From: Lytechinus pictus
Lineage: Eukaryota
Length of the DNA: 64,000 nucleotides
Direction: 5' to 3'
Assembly: GCF_037042905.1 (NCBI RefSeq)
Contig: NC_087251.1
Location: 3,412,001-3,476,000 of the forward strand
Below, piece by piece: positions 37,836-51,900 of the stretch. The notes under the pieces were generated by a model. The model was not told the origin of the DNA. It worked only from the letters and a program-made list of their open reading frames with translations, and searched no databases. Both the position numbers and the translations under genes were made by a program. Numbering within the stretch: the first letter of the stretch is position 1; every line of letters starts with the position of its first letter.

Positions 37836-38567
37836 TAAATATATATTTGTTTTTTCTCCACTCACCTCTTTTAGATTTACCACATTTGCTTATTTACATG
37901 TATACTATGGTTTCTTCATAATACACCCCCTCTCTTCTATATTTGCTTTTACCTTTTTAGGCAATTTGCTTCCTCTTTTTCACATATACAGATTTTTTTT
38001 CTTTCCTACTATATAGTCTTATGTTTTTTCCCGTCACACCTAGCGGATTACCATATCAGTTACACCATATGTGTATATATTTATATATTTTTTCATATAC
38101 ATTTCTTTTTTGGATATATTTATATACATATCACTTATAGATACATATTTACACTTACCTTCTTCTCTTAGTTTGTTTAATGCTTTATCATATGTCTTTT
38201 GCACATTATCAGTTGTTCCCCATTCTTTTTCTTCTTTCCCCCCCCCCCTCTTATGCACCAGTTTATTAAGCCTTTCTTTGTAACCTGTTTGACCCACCTC
38301 TCACTAATTCTCTAGTTATTCATCCCTCTATCACTGTTTTGTTCCAGATCCTGTTTGATGTTGCCTGCCTCATTATCTTAATCCCTCTTGGCCTTACTTA
38401 CACTAACTTCCCTTTGTGTCTGCCTACTCCTTTTCTTTCATCCCCTTCACTAACCTGATTGGTCTTCTCTACTCACTAATGCCCCTTTTGTCTCCTTGTT
38501 TCTAGTGTTGCTGTAGCTTGTTTGTGGTCTATATTATGGTTGTTCCACTTTATATGTTTGTCATTTT

Positions 38568-38606
38568 GCCTCCGACGAAGATTCTGCTAGGATCGAAAGC
38601 TTAGGC
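38568..38606 (+). ncRNA. Minimal type I hammerhead-ribozyme-like motif at the PLE 3' end (non-canonical core)
   Basis: GCCT-CCGACGA-A-GATTC/TGCTA/GGATC-GAA-AGCT-T-AGGC: stem I GCCT/AGGC, core CCGACGA (canonical CUGANGA), stem II, GAAA and a palindromic AGCT mini stem III. Confidence 0.6.
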
Positions 38607-39349
38607 CCCTTTTTGACTTTATAAAATGAAAAAATATATAAGAGAAGAGTGGGTATACAAAAAATGAAAGAAAAAGACAAAGTCTAAAGTAAAAAAAAAA
38701 TAATGAAGATACACAAATGAATATAATTCTCTTTTGATATAGTAGTATTATAATAGCATCAAATCAAATACAAACTGTCTTCCATCTCATTGTGTATGAA
38801 TTTATTTATCTAGACAATAGATGAACCTTCACAATTACTTAAGTTTATACATTTCAAATCATGAAAGACGAAGTTACAAGTATACTTTTACAAAACTTTA
38901 TTTACATTAAAAGTGCAAGAACAGTTTATCTCTCATTATCAAACAGTACAACACAACTTCATACATAAACTTGATCCAAAAATATTCTACATCCATATCA
39001 AATAATACTATAAATTGATATCGTTTTCATAACCAGTTACATACTAAGCTGTTTAACACCAATAAAATAAATCTTTCATTCATTTCAAAATCTTGGAAAC
39101 AATGGCAAGTACACTTCATTTGTAGTACACTTCATTCAACTTTGTTGAACTCATCGTTCTTTTCAAGAGAAAAAAATTTATCAAATTGCGGTGGCTGAAA
39201 ACAGCAAGAGAAATAACTAGCACATCAATGATGTGGAGCTCATCTGGCATCTCGCAATGAAATCTAACACAATTTTTAATTTCAGCCCAGTTGACACTGT
39301 AGTGAATTATATTGGTGACATAAATTGAGGAAACAGAATTGAAATTGAT

Positions 39350-40200
39350 TAAGAAATAACATAGAAGAAGCCTTTTTTATGATTTATGAATAAATTTTGT
39401 ATAAATTAGCATAAATAATTTTCTAGTCAAATTTTTTTAATTCTGTGTAGAACCTTGGTGAACCTCATGCAGCTCTCAGATGGAACCAAAACAAATTAAA
39501 TCAGCCAACAAATGAATAAGTAATTTTTTGTGAGTTTTTGAAAAATATGCATAAATAAGCATATTTAATGATTGTCAAAACTCTGTGTTGAAATTTTGTA
39601 TCCCCACCTCAAGCTATCATATAAAGCAAACAAAATTGGAATTGATCAACAAATGACAGAGAAAAAAAAACATTTTTTGTGATTTATGAATAAATTTTGC
39701 ATAAATTAGCATAAATAATTTTCTAGTCAAAATTAAAAAATTCTGTGTGGAAATTTGGTGACCCTCATGTAGCTCTACCAGATGGATGAAAAAAAGAATC
39801 AAAATTGGTCAACCAATAAAGAAGAAGCAGTTTTTGTGATTATGAATAAATTTTGCATGAATTAGCATGAATAATTTTCTAGTCAAAATTTCAAAATTCT
39901 GTGCACAAGTTTGGTAAACCTCATGCAGCTCTACCAGATGGAAGAAAAAAATCAAAATCAGTCAATAAATAAAAAGAATTTTTGTGAATTTTGAAAAAGT
40001 GCATAAATCCGCATATTTAATAAGTATTACAATTCTGTGTATAAGTTTTGAATCCCCAACCTCGTGCAATCATATAAAGCAAACAGAATTGAAGTCGGAC
40101 TTGAAATGACGAAGAACAAACATTTTGAAATTGTGGACGGACGACGGACACCACGCCACAAGCTCATCTGGCCCTTCGGGCCGGATGAGCTGGCTAAAAG
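39350..40200 (+). mobile_element. HINE/Helitron-like element with ~310-bp internal repeats
   Basis: Repeated AAATTAGCATAAATAATTTTCTAGTCAAA units, a (GGAC)n tract, and a 3' hairpin AGCTCATCTGGCCC-TTC-GGGCCGGATGAGCT followed by a short A-run. Confidence 0.6.
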
Positions 40201-42508
40201 CTTAGAGTGAGACGGGGCAGGCATGTGTAAGGGCAAGGAACAGAGGAAGATACATGGGGAAAAAAAAAACCCATAGAGAGGGGATGCAAGTAACAATTCT
40301 TTCTTCAGAATATATCAATCAATAAGCAAATTATAGTCCATGGAATGTATTTCAAACATAACATCAACCCAGTTCCCCTTCAGAAATATAATGTACCACA
40401 TCTATTGAACAATAGAGGTACATGGATATTTCTTAATATCATTTTATAAGAGGAAATCATCTCAGTAGTCCTTAATAAATTCAACAAACTTGCAATTAAG
40501 AAAAATAGACACAAGAATTTAACAATAATTGGAAATCAATGATAAAATACAAAATAAAATCTTAAAGAGATTCTGAACATTTTACTGTTGCCAAACTAAA
40601 AATATTATTTACTTTATTTCAGACAAATTAATTTGTTAACATCTTGTGAAGCATGAAAGCAGTGTTTTTACTTATCCATTCACACAAATAAAAGGTAACA
40701 AAGTCTGTTCAGAGACCAACAACTGTAACCCTGAACAAACAACAGCCACTACAAAATCAGAATATAATTTGAACGCAATTACAAGAGCCTAAACCGGGTC
40801 ATTTGTCATGTCTCTTAATTAAGAACACAGATCAACAAAAGACAATAAATAACTTATATATCTTGCAGTAGAAATAAGAAGACTATACTTCTTGAACAGC
40901 TTACAATACTTCAAAATGCCATCTGAGTGTTTTGACAAGTTCATTATGTACATTTATGATAGTTTATAATATACAAGTATTTCATATCAGAACTTGATTA
41001 TGCTACATATATTTTCATTATGCCTTTGTCTAATCGAGGATTCTAAAAATACAGAAGCTTGTCTTTCTCATTTACTATTGATATTCAAATTCAAACCTCT
41101 TGGCAATGATTATTTGTATAGACGTCAGTGTTGCTTAATGCTTTAATACAGATAGAACTTAAGTTGGGAACATGAAAATCAATTTTTTTTTCGTTACTCT
41201 TATTATCTAAAAAAGTGTTCTTGTCCGACATCTATCGGAATAACTGATTCTGACCACTAAGACATCAGAATCTGGAAAGAATTTTTTTTTGACATCCCCA
41301 TCGACATAGCAGGCTAGACATTATACTGTTGCTTTAATTTAGTTGCATCATATATGGCATATTGAGTAAAATCTATTTTCAAAATCAAATGATATTCATA
41401 AATTTAATATCTAAATGCAACATTTAAAAGAATAAACAGTGAAGTCTGCACAAGTCCAGATTTTAAATCAAAATCAAATATTACTAGTCAATACAATTTC
41501 TCAGACCAATACATACAAAGCATGTTTGATTCACATGTTCTAATTTCTGTGAAGTCGAATATATTTTTGTGGTCCCAAGAAATGATATACTAGTACATCA
41601 AGCCATAAATGATGGGCTATGGACCACACCATTGCAGCGACACAGCTAACAAAGAGCCATATGACAGCTACATGACAATGAATAGGGTTTATTCATTCTG
41701 AAATTTGTTAATGTAAAATCAAAGTCTCATTGCATTATATTTGTCAATAATCACATGAGCTCTGATTCCAGATAATATAAGCTACAACAACTACACATTC
41801 TACTACATTCAAGATTAATACATGAGAAGATTAGACAGTGGTCCCTAGGATGTTGAAATTGTTGCTTTAAAAAATATTTTCTTTAATGAAACCTTTGTAA
41901 AGAGATTATTCTAGGGAAAAAAAGATGATTGTTCATTATAGGCAGGTGATCTATATTGACCTGTTTATTCAACAAATTGACCAATGTGTGACGGCATTAA
42001 GTTAAAAAACAATAATACAGTTTCTATAGACATTAGATCACTAAAGTAGGTTTGGATGCAATCAAGTTGAATAAAAAAACAAATAAATATAATGATGAAT
42101 AATCAGTTTAACTTTGTGTTATCAAGACGATTTTAATATCTGGTTTCAATATAAGTCTACAATGTATTCCCTTAATTTGTGTTAAGCCTAATTTAATCTG
42201 ACAATTTTATCCAGCAAAATATTCTATGTTGTCTACCTTTACAAACTCACCATTTCATGTCACTGTAGGCCTATTTATCTATGTACATGGTAACTTAACT
42301 GGGGTACTCTTAACAGGAGTCAAATTCAGTGTCTTTTCATTGTAATCCTCCCAATTCAACAGGAGATGGGAGTAGTGTCAATGCATAGAAAAGGAGCTCT
42401 ATCAAATATCTTCTGGATCAGATTGGATTAAAATCCTAAATGCAGAGATGGGCACATCATTTGTTTAGGCACATTATATGTCAGTGTAGTCTTACAAGTG
42501 GATTGGTT

Positions 42509-42901
42509 TCACCTTCTAGCTGCCCTTTTCTCAAGTCCTGGAGTTGTTTGTGTACTTGAAGCTACCATCTTACCTGGCTTTGTCTTTATCTTCCTTACTC
42601 TCCTGCTTGGAGTGGATACGCCATCTAGTAAAAAAGATAAAATCACAGTTTTATTAGAACAGCAGGAAAAGGACAATTACCAAAATACATGGGAGTACTC
42701 AGTCACTAATATAAAAAACAGAATCTGTAAAAAAAATTCAAAGGAGAGGTAGCAGTAGTTATAATAATTCATATATTCACAATATTCATAAGAATAATAC
42801 TTGCAAATGTGAATGTTAAGGTATGAGTATCAGTAATATCAGTAATACACTAGTGGTGGTGGTGGTAGTAGTAGGAGTAGACTTTAAAGAACTAGTAGTA
42901 A

Positions 42902-42943
<42 letters not shown>

Positions 42944-45900
42944 GACACTTTGAAGAATTAGCAGCAGATGTAGTGGAAATAATTGAAATAATGGTTAAGT
43001 TGCACCAATTACAATTAAAATACATTTTAAATCTCTTAAATTCCAAAAGCAGACTAAAAACTAGTGAAGTGGCAGTAGTGAAACTAGGAGTACCAGCAGC
43101 AATGCATTGACTTTTGAACACTGTTGAAATCACCAGAATTTTCAACTTACACAGTTTCTCAGATACCATTAATCTGCATTCTCCATACTTACTTTGGTCT
43201 GCTTTCTTAGCTGCTGTTGTTCTTTTTCGTGCTGCGGGTGAAGTAACACGGTGCGACTTTTTGAGCGGTGACTGAGTCGGAGACTTTTCTGAAAAATACA
43301 TGCACAAGAAGAAACACATGTTAAATGATCAACATCATACAAGTCTGTCTCAATATGGGGACCCTTCGTTCAAAGAGTTGCATCTGATCCAATCCATCTC
43401 CATTATACAATGTCATGATGCTTATCTAGAAAACATGAGCATTTCCCCTGTAAACAATTAGGAGTATACTGATTGGTACAACAATGATGCATGAATGAGG
43501 GAATATCAAATCAAGAGATGTGCATTTTAGATCATGTCACTGGCCTTGAAGAATTGTGATTAATCTCTTAAATCATAGCTCTTTGTAAGACAGGGATCTC
43601 AGCTAACCTTCCATGAGAATCCCCCCTCTCTCATCTATTATTTTCTTAATACTAATCCTACTTTAAGACCAAATTACCTGTTTTCAAAAATAATTAACAA
43701 GGTAAAGTTATAAGCTACTGACTGAAATCTTACACAATTACCAAAGATTTCAAAGAAAGTTTTACTGGTTACTTTAAAGGTATTATGATGCAAATCCTCA
43801 GTATACCTAACTAAATATGGTCTCTATTATTTTTTTATTATTTAAGTCTTAGGAGATTTTGATACTTGAATTTAAGATTTTGTTTCAATTTCTAGAAAAA
43901 TATTTTATTGATTCACAATGAGTTTTGAAATTCACAGTAAACTGCTCCAAAAACGGAATTGTTGCTTTCAAGTGAAGATTCAAGTCCTATAATATTATCT
44001 TGTACTGCATATACAGGTGTTCCAAGAACAATAGTAAACAATGTTATTAAATGTAAATAAATCGCAGACTTGCAACTGTTAATATTGCATTTAATTCTAT
44101 TTATTTTAGTGTCTAAACACTGAAAGGAACAAGTCTATGTAGGAACTCATACAAATAAATATAGGCAAATAAGGTGATAATGTTAGATAGATGAGTAATT
44201 AGGCAATGTGACAATTTTTTTTTTTTTCAATATTTATCAGATGTCACCTTTCAAAACTAACTACCTACATCTAGTTTCCGAAATAAGTTTTAAGATTGCA
44301 ATGAATGAGGATTTTCCAGACCTTGTTCGAACAGGTATTTATTTATTCATTTTTTTTTTTTTTTTTTGGGGGGGGGGGGAGGGGGGTGAAATTGTTCCGA
44401 TCCCCCATGTAATATTTTTCCCCTGAATGGGAAATTTCATATGAAAATTCATAGGGTAGAGTGATGTAGAGTACCTCGTTCCCATCTCCTTGGCATTGTG
44501 GATTATTGTTTAGTCTTCTATTGAAACAAGATAGATATAAAGTCAAACAAGTGGAGCGCCTCTAACTTGCCTGCATTACACAATTTGATATAGTAGCAGT
44601 GCTACCTTTGAAAACAACTATCAAATAAATATTCACAAAAAACACAATTTGTATATTCCATATGTGTCCTTTGTATGTTTTGTACATGGTTTTACCAATT
44701 TGTGTGTTTCTAGTATAACATGTCTTTTTACAATACATATCAGCGTGCTGTTAACAATTTGAATATGAATGCAATATCGCGTATGTTGTCTCCTAGTATC
44801 TTAGATGAAAATTCATATCGGCAAAATCAGTCATATTATACACATGAGGCTTTTAAAAATGCTTTCTATGATAATCAAACTACCAGTGTGAATGAGAAAT
44901 TTTTGATGATTCATTTTAATTGCAGAAGTATATTGAAGAATTTTGATGATATTATTGCATTATTTAACTACCTATCTATTAAGTTTTCTATAATTGGTGT
45001 AAGTGAAACTTGGTTAAAAGACGATAGTGTGCAATGCAATATTGATGGTTATAATTTTCTGTCTAATAATAGAAAAAATAAGAGAGGTGGAGGAGTCGGT
45101 ATATATGTTAGGGATGATCTTTTCTTTAAATCTAGAAAAGATATTGAAATTAATGATGTATATATTGAAAGCATTTTTGTTGAAGTGGAAATCACACAAA
45201 ATAAAAGTATTATATTAGGGTTTTTTTATAGGCCACCAGATCAATCAGTTTCTTTGTTTTTAGATGCACTTGATAATATTTTCCATAGTTTGAGGAGTGA
45301 AAATAAAAGCCTATATTTCCTTGGTGATTTTAATATTGATTTATTAATGGTTTCCTCTTCTCAACATGTTAATAAGTTCTTAGACATTTTGATGACAAAT
45401 TCCTTATTTCCATTGATACATTATCTATTCGGCAACATTAATTGACAACATTTTTACAAATGATTGAACAAAACTGTCGAGTGGAGTAATATTAGATGAC
45501 ATTAGTGACCATCTTCCTATATTCTGTATATGTCATAATCTGATTTTTAAGGGTAAGACAAATGATATTTTGAAAAGGACGATAAATGAAGTTAGTATTA
45601 GCAAGTTTTATCAATGTTTAGAGCAAATATCCTGGAACTTAGATGAGAAAGACCCAAATCTTGCTTACAATTCTTTTATAGATAAATTTCTAGAAATACA
45701 CAATAAATGTTTTCCTTTGCATAAAGTACGTATTAAAAATAAATCTTTTTCTAAACCAAGGATTGACAAAGAGTTGATTAAAAAGATAAAGAAAAAGTGG
45801 AAAGCCTATAGAAAATATTTAAAGAATCCAACCGATTATAGAAAAAAGGTTTATAAGGAATATAGGAACATGGTCACAAATGAAATGAAAAAGAAAAAAT

Positions 45901-48900
45901 ATGCTTACTACAAAAATAAATTCAACAGTAACAAGAATAATATAAAAGTGACATGGAAAATTGTAAATCAAGCTCTCGGATCTCGATCTAGTAAAAAATA
46001 TTCTAATATATCAAACTTAAATGTTAACAACTCAATTATTACTGATAAAGCTGATATGTGTGATATTTTTAATAACTATTTTGTTGATATCGGTTATAAT
46101 CTTACTAATACTGAACATTATTCTGGTAATTATCAACAGCCAGACTTTTCATGGAATATCCGTTCTGCTTATTTTACTCCAATAACTTGTAATGAAATAT
46201 TAAATATTGTATCTTCTTTTAAAAACGGAACGAGTGCAGGGTATGATGAAATTGATGTTAATGTTGTTAAGAAAATAATTCCAATCATTTGTTCACCTCT
46301 TTGTTCAATTTTTAATTTGTCTATATCCAAAGGTCTCTTTCCAGATGAGCTCAAAATAGCAAAGGTCATTCCTGTTTTTAAAAATAGTCGTGAAGATGAC
46401 GTCTCAAATTATCGTTCAATTTCAGTTCTTCCTTTGTTTTCTAAGATTTTTGAACGATGTCTATATAAAAGACTATACCAATTTCTCACTTCTTCTAATA
46501 TTTTACACAATGGTCAGTATGGCTTCCGTAAGGATTACTCCGCATCGATGGCTCTTCTTGATTTTATTCATAAAGTTTCTGGTTCTATTGATTCCAAAAA
46601 ATATATGATTGGTTTATTTCACGATTTAAGCAAGGCTTTTGATACGTTAGATCATAATATTTTAATGAAAAAACAATATGCTTATGGAATTCGCGGTTTA
46701 CTCTGGGAACTATTTAATAATTATTTATCACATCGTTTTCAGTTTGTATCAATTTGTAATAATAATTCATGTTTGAAACCGATTCGATGCGGAGTACCCC
46801 AAGGATCTATTCTAGGCCCCTTACTTTTTTTGTTATATATTAATGATGTTTGCAATTCATCTAAACTATTACATTTCATTTTATATGCTGACGACACCAG
46901 TGTGTTCATGTCTCATCACAATATTGTTTCTTTGCAGGATAATTTTAATAATGAATTAGAAAAACTAAATAACTGGTTGATTAACAATCGATTAGTTTTA
47001 AACATAACTAAGACAAAATTTATGATATTTACAAAGAAAAAAATTGAGAAAGATAGAGTGGAAATAAGATTCAACAATTCAACTATACAATGCGTTTCAT
47101 TTTTTAAATTTTTAGGAGTTTATATAGATGATAAACTCTCGTGGCATGAACACATTGGTGGCGTTTGCAATCGTGTTTCTAAAGGTGTTGGTATTTTATA
47201 TAGATTAAAAAATTTTCCGCAATATATTTTGATTATGTTATATTATGCTTTAATTTTCTCACATATTAATTACTGCAATATTGTTTGGTCTAACTCCGCT
47301 GATTGTTTTATAAACAGATTATATATACTTCAGAAAAAGGCAGTGAGGATAATTTGTAATAGCCCTTATAATGCCCATACCTTGCCACTTTTTCATGATC
47401 TTTATTTACTTACTTTGTCTGATTTAAATAGATTTAACATCACAATATTTATGTATCTTTGTTCTAAATCACTTATTCCTGATTCCATTATGTCTAAATT
47501 TTGCCTTAATTTTTCGATTCATCAACACAATACCCGCAGTCTATTTAATTATCATTTACCACGAGTACGTACCTCGGTTTCTCATAACTCAATTTATTTT
47601 CAAGGACCTATTCTTTGGAATAATTTACCGCATTCTATTAAAACATGCCGAACCCTCAATTCTTTCAAACGTTATTACAAATTACATCTTTTAAGTTTGT
47701 ATTCTTAATTTGCTTGTATAACTACGCTATATATTTTGAATGTATGAGTTAATATATGTTTTCATTTATGTTATCTTTTTTTGTAATATTTATTGATTTT
47801 GTCTTATAGTTGTTGGGTCAACGCTCAATAAGGCTATCTGCTCTTTTTTGTTGGCCCCTCATTCTCATAAATATGTTTTTTGTATGTTGTCACAATGTTT
47901 TACTTATGTACCTTATGTATGTTTTTCATGTTTTTATTGAGAGTGTAAATAAATTGAATTGAATTGAATATAGATATTTGATTAAAGGCAAATTATTGTA
48001 TGTCAACATGACCAGACAATATTCCTCTTCCAGTATGACATGACATTTTTATGTGAACAGTCATGCATGGGTGGTTAAATGCTTTAAACAATGGCAATGT
48101 CAGTAAAAGAAAATTGCAAGAAATGGCTAATGATCATGGCCATCCTGTAGGCATACATTCAACAATTGAGATGCATAATGAGATGGATCATTTGGACACT
48201 AAATTTCAAGATGAAGCTTTTCAACCAATAGCGGGCAAGAGCAATAGGAATGTTGCAGTCTGGGCAGTCATTTTATAGACAAGTGGCTCGATATTTCCAG
48301 GTTTCCCCAACAACAATTTCAAATTTGAACCAGCGGTATTTGGATACTGATGAAGTTAGAGACCGCCCTAGGAGTGGTCAACCTAGGGCCACCACCCCTG
48401 CAGAAGATGGGAGGATAAGGATAATTTTCTTTTGCTTATGCCAAGATACTGAAATTTGACATTTTTTTCATCGACTAACTTTGACTTAAAATTCCAGTGG
48501 AATAGTGATGCATCCAAGGTGGATAACTTTCTTTTTACTTTTAGAGTGGTATTTGACTTTAAGTTTGCTTTTATCGTTTAATGGATATTTATGACACACA
48601 AACTTTCACAACTGAAAGAATGACTGATCGTTTTCTTGCAATTTTCTTTTACTGACATTGCTATTGTTCAATGCCTGTAACCAGCCATGCACTGACTGAT
48701 CCATTTCTTGCAATTTTCTTTTACTGACATTGCTATTGTTTAAAGCATTTAACCACCCATGCATGACTGTTCACATGAAAATGTCATGTCATACTGGAAG
48801 AGGAATGTTGTCTGGTCATGTTGACATACAGTAATTTGCCCTTAATCAAATATCTATATGGAATATTTTAACTTTTATAAGCGTCCAAGAACTTTTTTTG

Positions 48901-51900
48901 CCGAGTGTATATGTTCATTTGACCTTGATCAAGTGACCTAAGACTTGTGCGAGATGATCAGTAATATTTTTGATACCCCTATGTCCACATTTCATGAACT
49001 ACATCCATAAACTTTCAAAGTTAAGTTATATGATGGCAGCTCAATGATTACCCCCAACGGAGACAATGTTTAATGACCTTAAGTGACCTTTGACCTTGGT
49101 CATGTGACTTATAACACGCACAGGATGCTCAGTGATATTTGATTACTCATATGTCCAAGTTTTATGAAATAGATCCATAAAATTTCAAAGTAACAATGGT
49201 AATTCAACAAATACCCCCAACATGGCCAAAGTTCATTGACCCTACTAAAGCGACCTTTGACCTTAGTAATGTGTTCTGAAACTCGCATGGGATATTCAGT
49301 GATACTTGATTACTCTTATGTCCAAGTATTATGAGCTAGCTCCATAAACTTTCAAAGTAACAATGGTAATTCAACAAAATCCCCAACATGGCCAAAGTTC
49401 ATTGACCCAAAATTACCTTTGACCTTGGTCATGTGACCTGAAACTCGGCAGGATATCAGTTATACTTCATTACCCTTATGTCCAAGTTTCATGAACGAGC
49501 TCCATTAACCTACAAAGTTACGATGGTAATTCAACAAATACCCCCAATATGGTCTAAATTCATTGACCCGAAGTGATATTTGACCTAGGTCATGTGACCT
49601 GAAACTCAAAAAGGATGTTTAGTAATACTTGATTACTCTTATGTTTAAGTTTCATGAGCTAGGCCCATATACTTTCTAAGATATGATAACATTTCAAAAA
49701 CTTAACCTTAGGTTAAGATTTGATGTTGAAGCCGCCGTCGGAAAACCGGCGCCTATAATCTCGCTCTGTTATGCAGGCGAGACAATAAAACTCAACTCCA
49801 CAATAAGGTTTCAAGGTGAAAAAGATGAAGAATAAAAGAAGAAAGTTGGATGAATGATTGCTGGAAAAGTTAGGTGAAACTATGTGATGGTAATAGGCGG
49901 GGGCGGAGTGACGTCACATCCACTTAACGACGACAACACTGACCTTAGTACGATGAAAACAAAGTATAAGTAACACAATGAAATAATGTCAGAAACACCA
50001 CTGAAAATTTCAGAAAGATTCGTAAACTTCCAGATAACAAAATTGGTGAACTCGATTACCATTATGTTCAGCACAAAGTACTAATGTGATGTTTGTGTAT
50101 GATGCATTGAAGGCATGTCAAAATGCTGCGCTGCTGTATGGGTCGCTAACTAGTGCATTGTTTTCATCGGCTGGTCAGTTGCTCGGGCTCGAGATTTAAA
50201 ATGCCCGGGTGTTTGCCCCGGCATATAGGACTATTGCAAGCCTTATCTACGCCCTAGGTATCATAAAAACATTAATTAATGTTTGGATTAAAAAAAATGG
50301 TGGAAAGTTGTGTGATTTTGTTGTTCATAGAATTTAAACTTGTTCACTCAATAGCCTGCAATCAAATTTTGAGCTACTTGTAACAATTATCAATGATATG
50401 TTGCTGTTAATCATTGCATGCTTTAGGAAATGAAAAATGATGTTAATGCATATTTGTAAGCGTTAATACATGTATTGTTAAAAATAGGTAATTGGCGAGT
50501 TTGGACTACAGCTTATAAACTTGCTCTTTGCAAAATTGTAACAGAAATTGACAGAAATTTCTAACAGGACAGCAGACAAATGAGACTTGCTTTATGACAA
50601 TATAAGAAGTGATGCCACATAAGTTTGATAAAGGGGGGGGGGGGGAGGAAGAATAGAAATTGATTCTGAACAAGAATTAACAAGTGTTTGAACTTGTAGT
50701 AAAATCAAGCTTTTACTAGTATTCAAATGAGAAAGAAAATCCATAAATTTTGCTGGAAAACTATTGAGCAAGAAGCAAGTATAGCATAAAAAAAAAGAAG
50801 CAAAAGAAAACTACAGACGAATGTAATATTCAGATAACAATGTGAGATAGAACCCCCAGAACTTTACCTACATCCACTAATATTGGCTTATGCTGTTAAT
50901 AGTTTCATATGAATACAAACTTCTGTCTCATACAGACCTTGATTTAATGGATATATCTTGTGTCTTTCTTATTAGATGATCAATGCCTACATTTTCAGAA
51001 ATTTACAGGGTGTGAGATTAACAATAAAAGGTTGAAATTTTTTAGAGAAAACGAGGCTTATTCTTTAACATCACAGCAACAATAGTTGTTAATAATGATA
51101 ATGACTATGACCCTTTATGGAATAAAAATCAACAACGCATCTCTATGTAAGAGCCTCATTAATTGGATTCAATCATTCCAGATTACCCCAATTCTCCAAC
51201 TCCTTAGAAATATTCTAGTCATTTGTAATGCCAGGCACTCACAATGAGAAAAGTAGACTTTTACATTCTACCTGGCCCACAGTAACACAGGCCAGGAATA
51301 AATGTAAATTTACCCAATAAAGCCACTGGGTAAAATTTTATATTGATGTTGTACATTTAAACTTCATCAGTCAGGAAATTTAAATTGAAACTTCAATATA
51401 ATTGATATCAACTACAATTTTTGTGTCAAAAAAATTAATATTCAGTTTGGTTCTACCCCCCTCCCCCCAAAAAAAAAACCCAATGAAGCAACATTAACAT
51501 ATCAGTGCCAAAATTATATAAATTCTGAACTGCACAGTCCAAATTCAAGACTGCAAATTCCAGATCAAATATATATTACACACATAATTATAATAACATT
51601 TTCAAATAAGGACCTCTGTAGGAAACCTCTGACCTTTGACCTTGTGACCCCCAAACTGATCAAATTGTCACTCCAATATGTATACTTTGACTGAGTTTGA
51701 ATTTCATCAAACAGGTTATCATGTGAACAACATCAGGGAAAAATGGACAGCTAGAAAACATGCCTCTGGCAACCAGATGGGCATTTCATAAAGTTGTTCA
51801 TACGTTAAGAGCATCTTGATGAACAACTGGTGATCCTTCTTAGGAACTACCTAACCACAAATGAAAATTGTTCACTATAAGAAAGGATCACCAGTCATTC

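Larger units (their letters stand above)
35445..38620 (+). mobile_element. Penelope-like retroelement (Neptune-type architecture), 5'-truncated
   Basis: Open frame from ~35442 contains KSTWIPP, NLPREERQAL and IIIKPADKGSAVVVMD, then continues into the 596-aa ORF. The 3' non-coding region ends in a hammerhead-like motif that also occurs at 965-1177. Confidence 0.9.
44525..49790 (+). mobile_element. HINE/Tsp/pearl-like non-autonomous element with internal ~120-bp tandem repeats; hosts the Tc1 remnant and the LINE
   Basis: 5' end ACAAGTGGAGCGCCTCT..GCCTGC (a related copy starts at ~26010 with GTCTCGCCTGC). 3' end ...TCTCGCTCTGTTATGCAGGCGAGACAATAAAA. Tandem units TGACCTTTGACCTTGGTCATGTGACCTGAAACTC at 48915-49690. 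Confidence 0.7.

Noticed and set aside
42816..43192. Poly-Thr / poly-Val ORF extensions
   Set aside because: They arise from the (TAG)n microsatellite. Only 43193-43288 has splice sites and a phase fitting VRK1.
45460..45470. In-frame TGA in the LINE as possible recoding (selenocysteine or readthrough)
   Set aside because: It is adjacent to a frameshifting deletion that removes the conserved PTR motif; simple decay is more likely.
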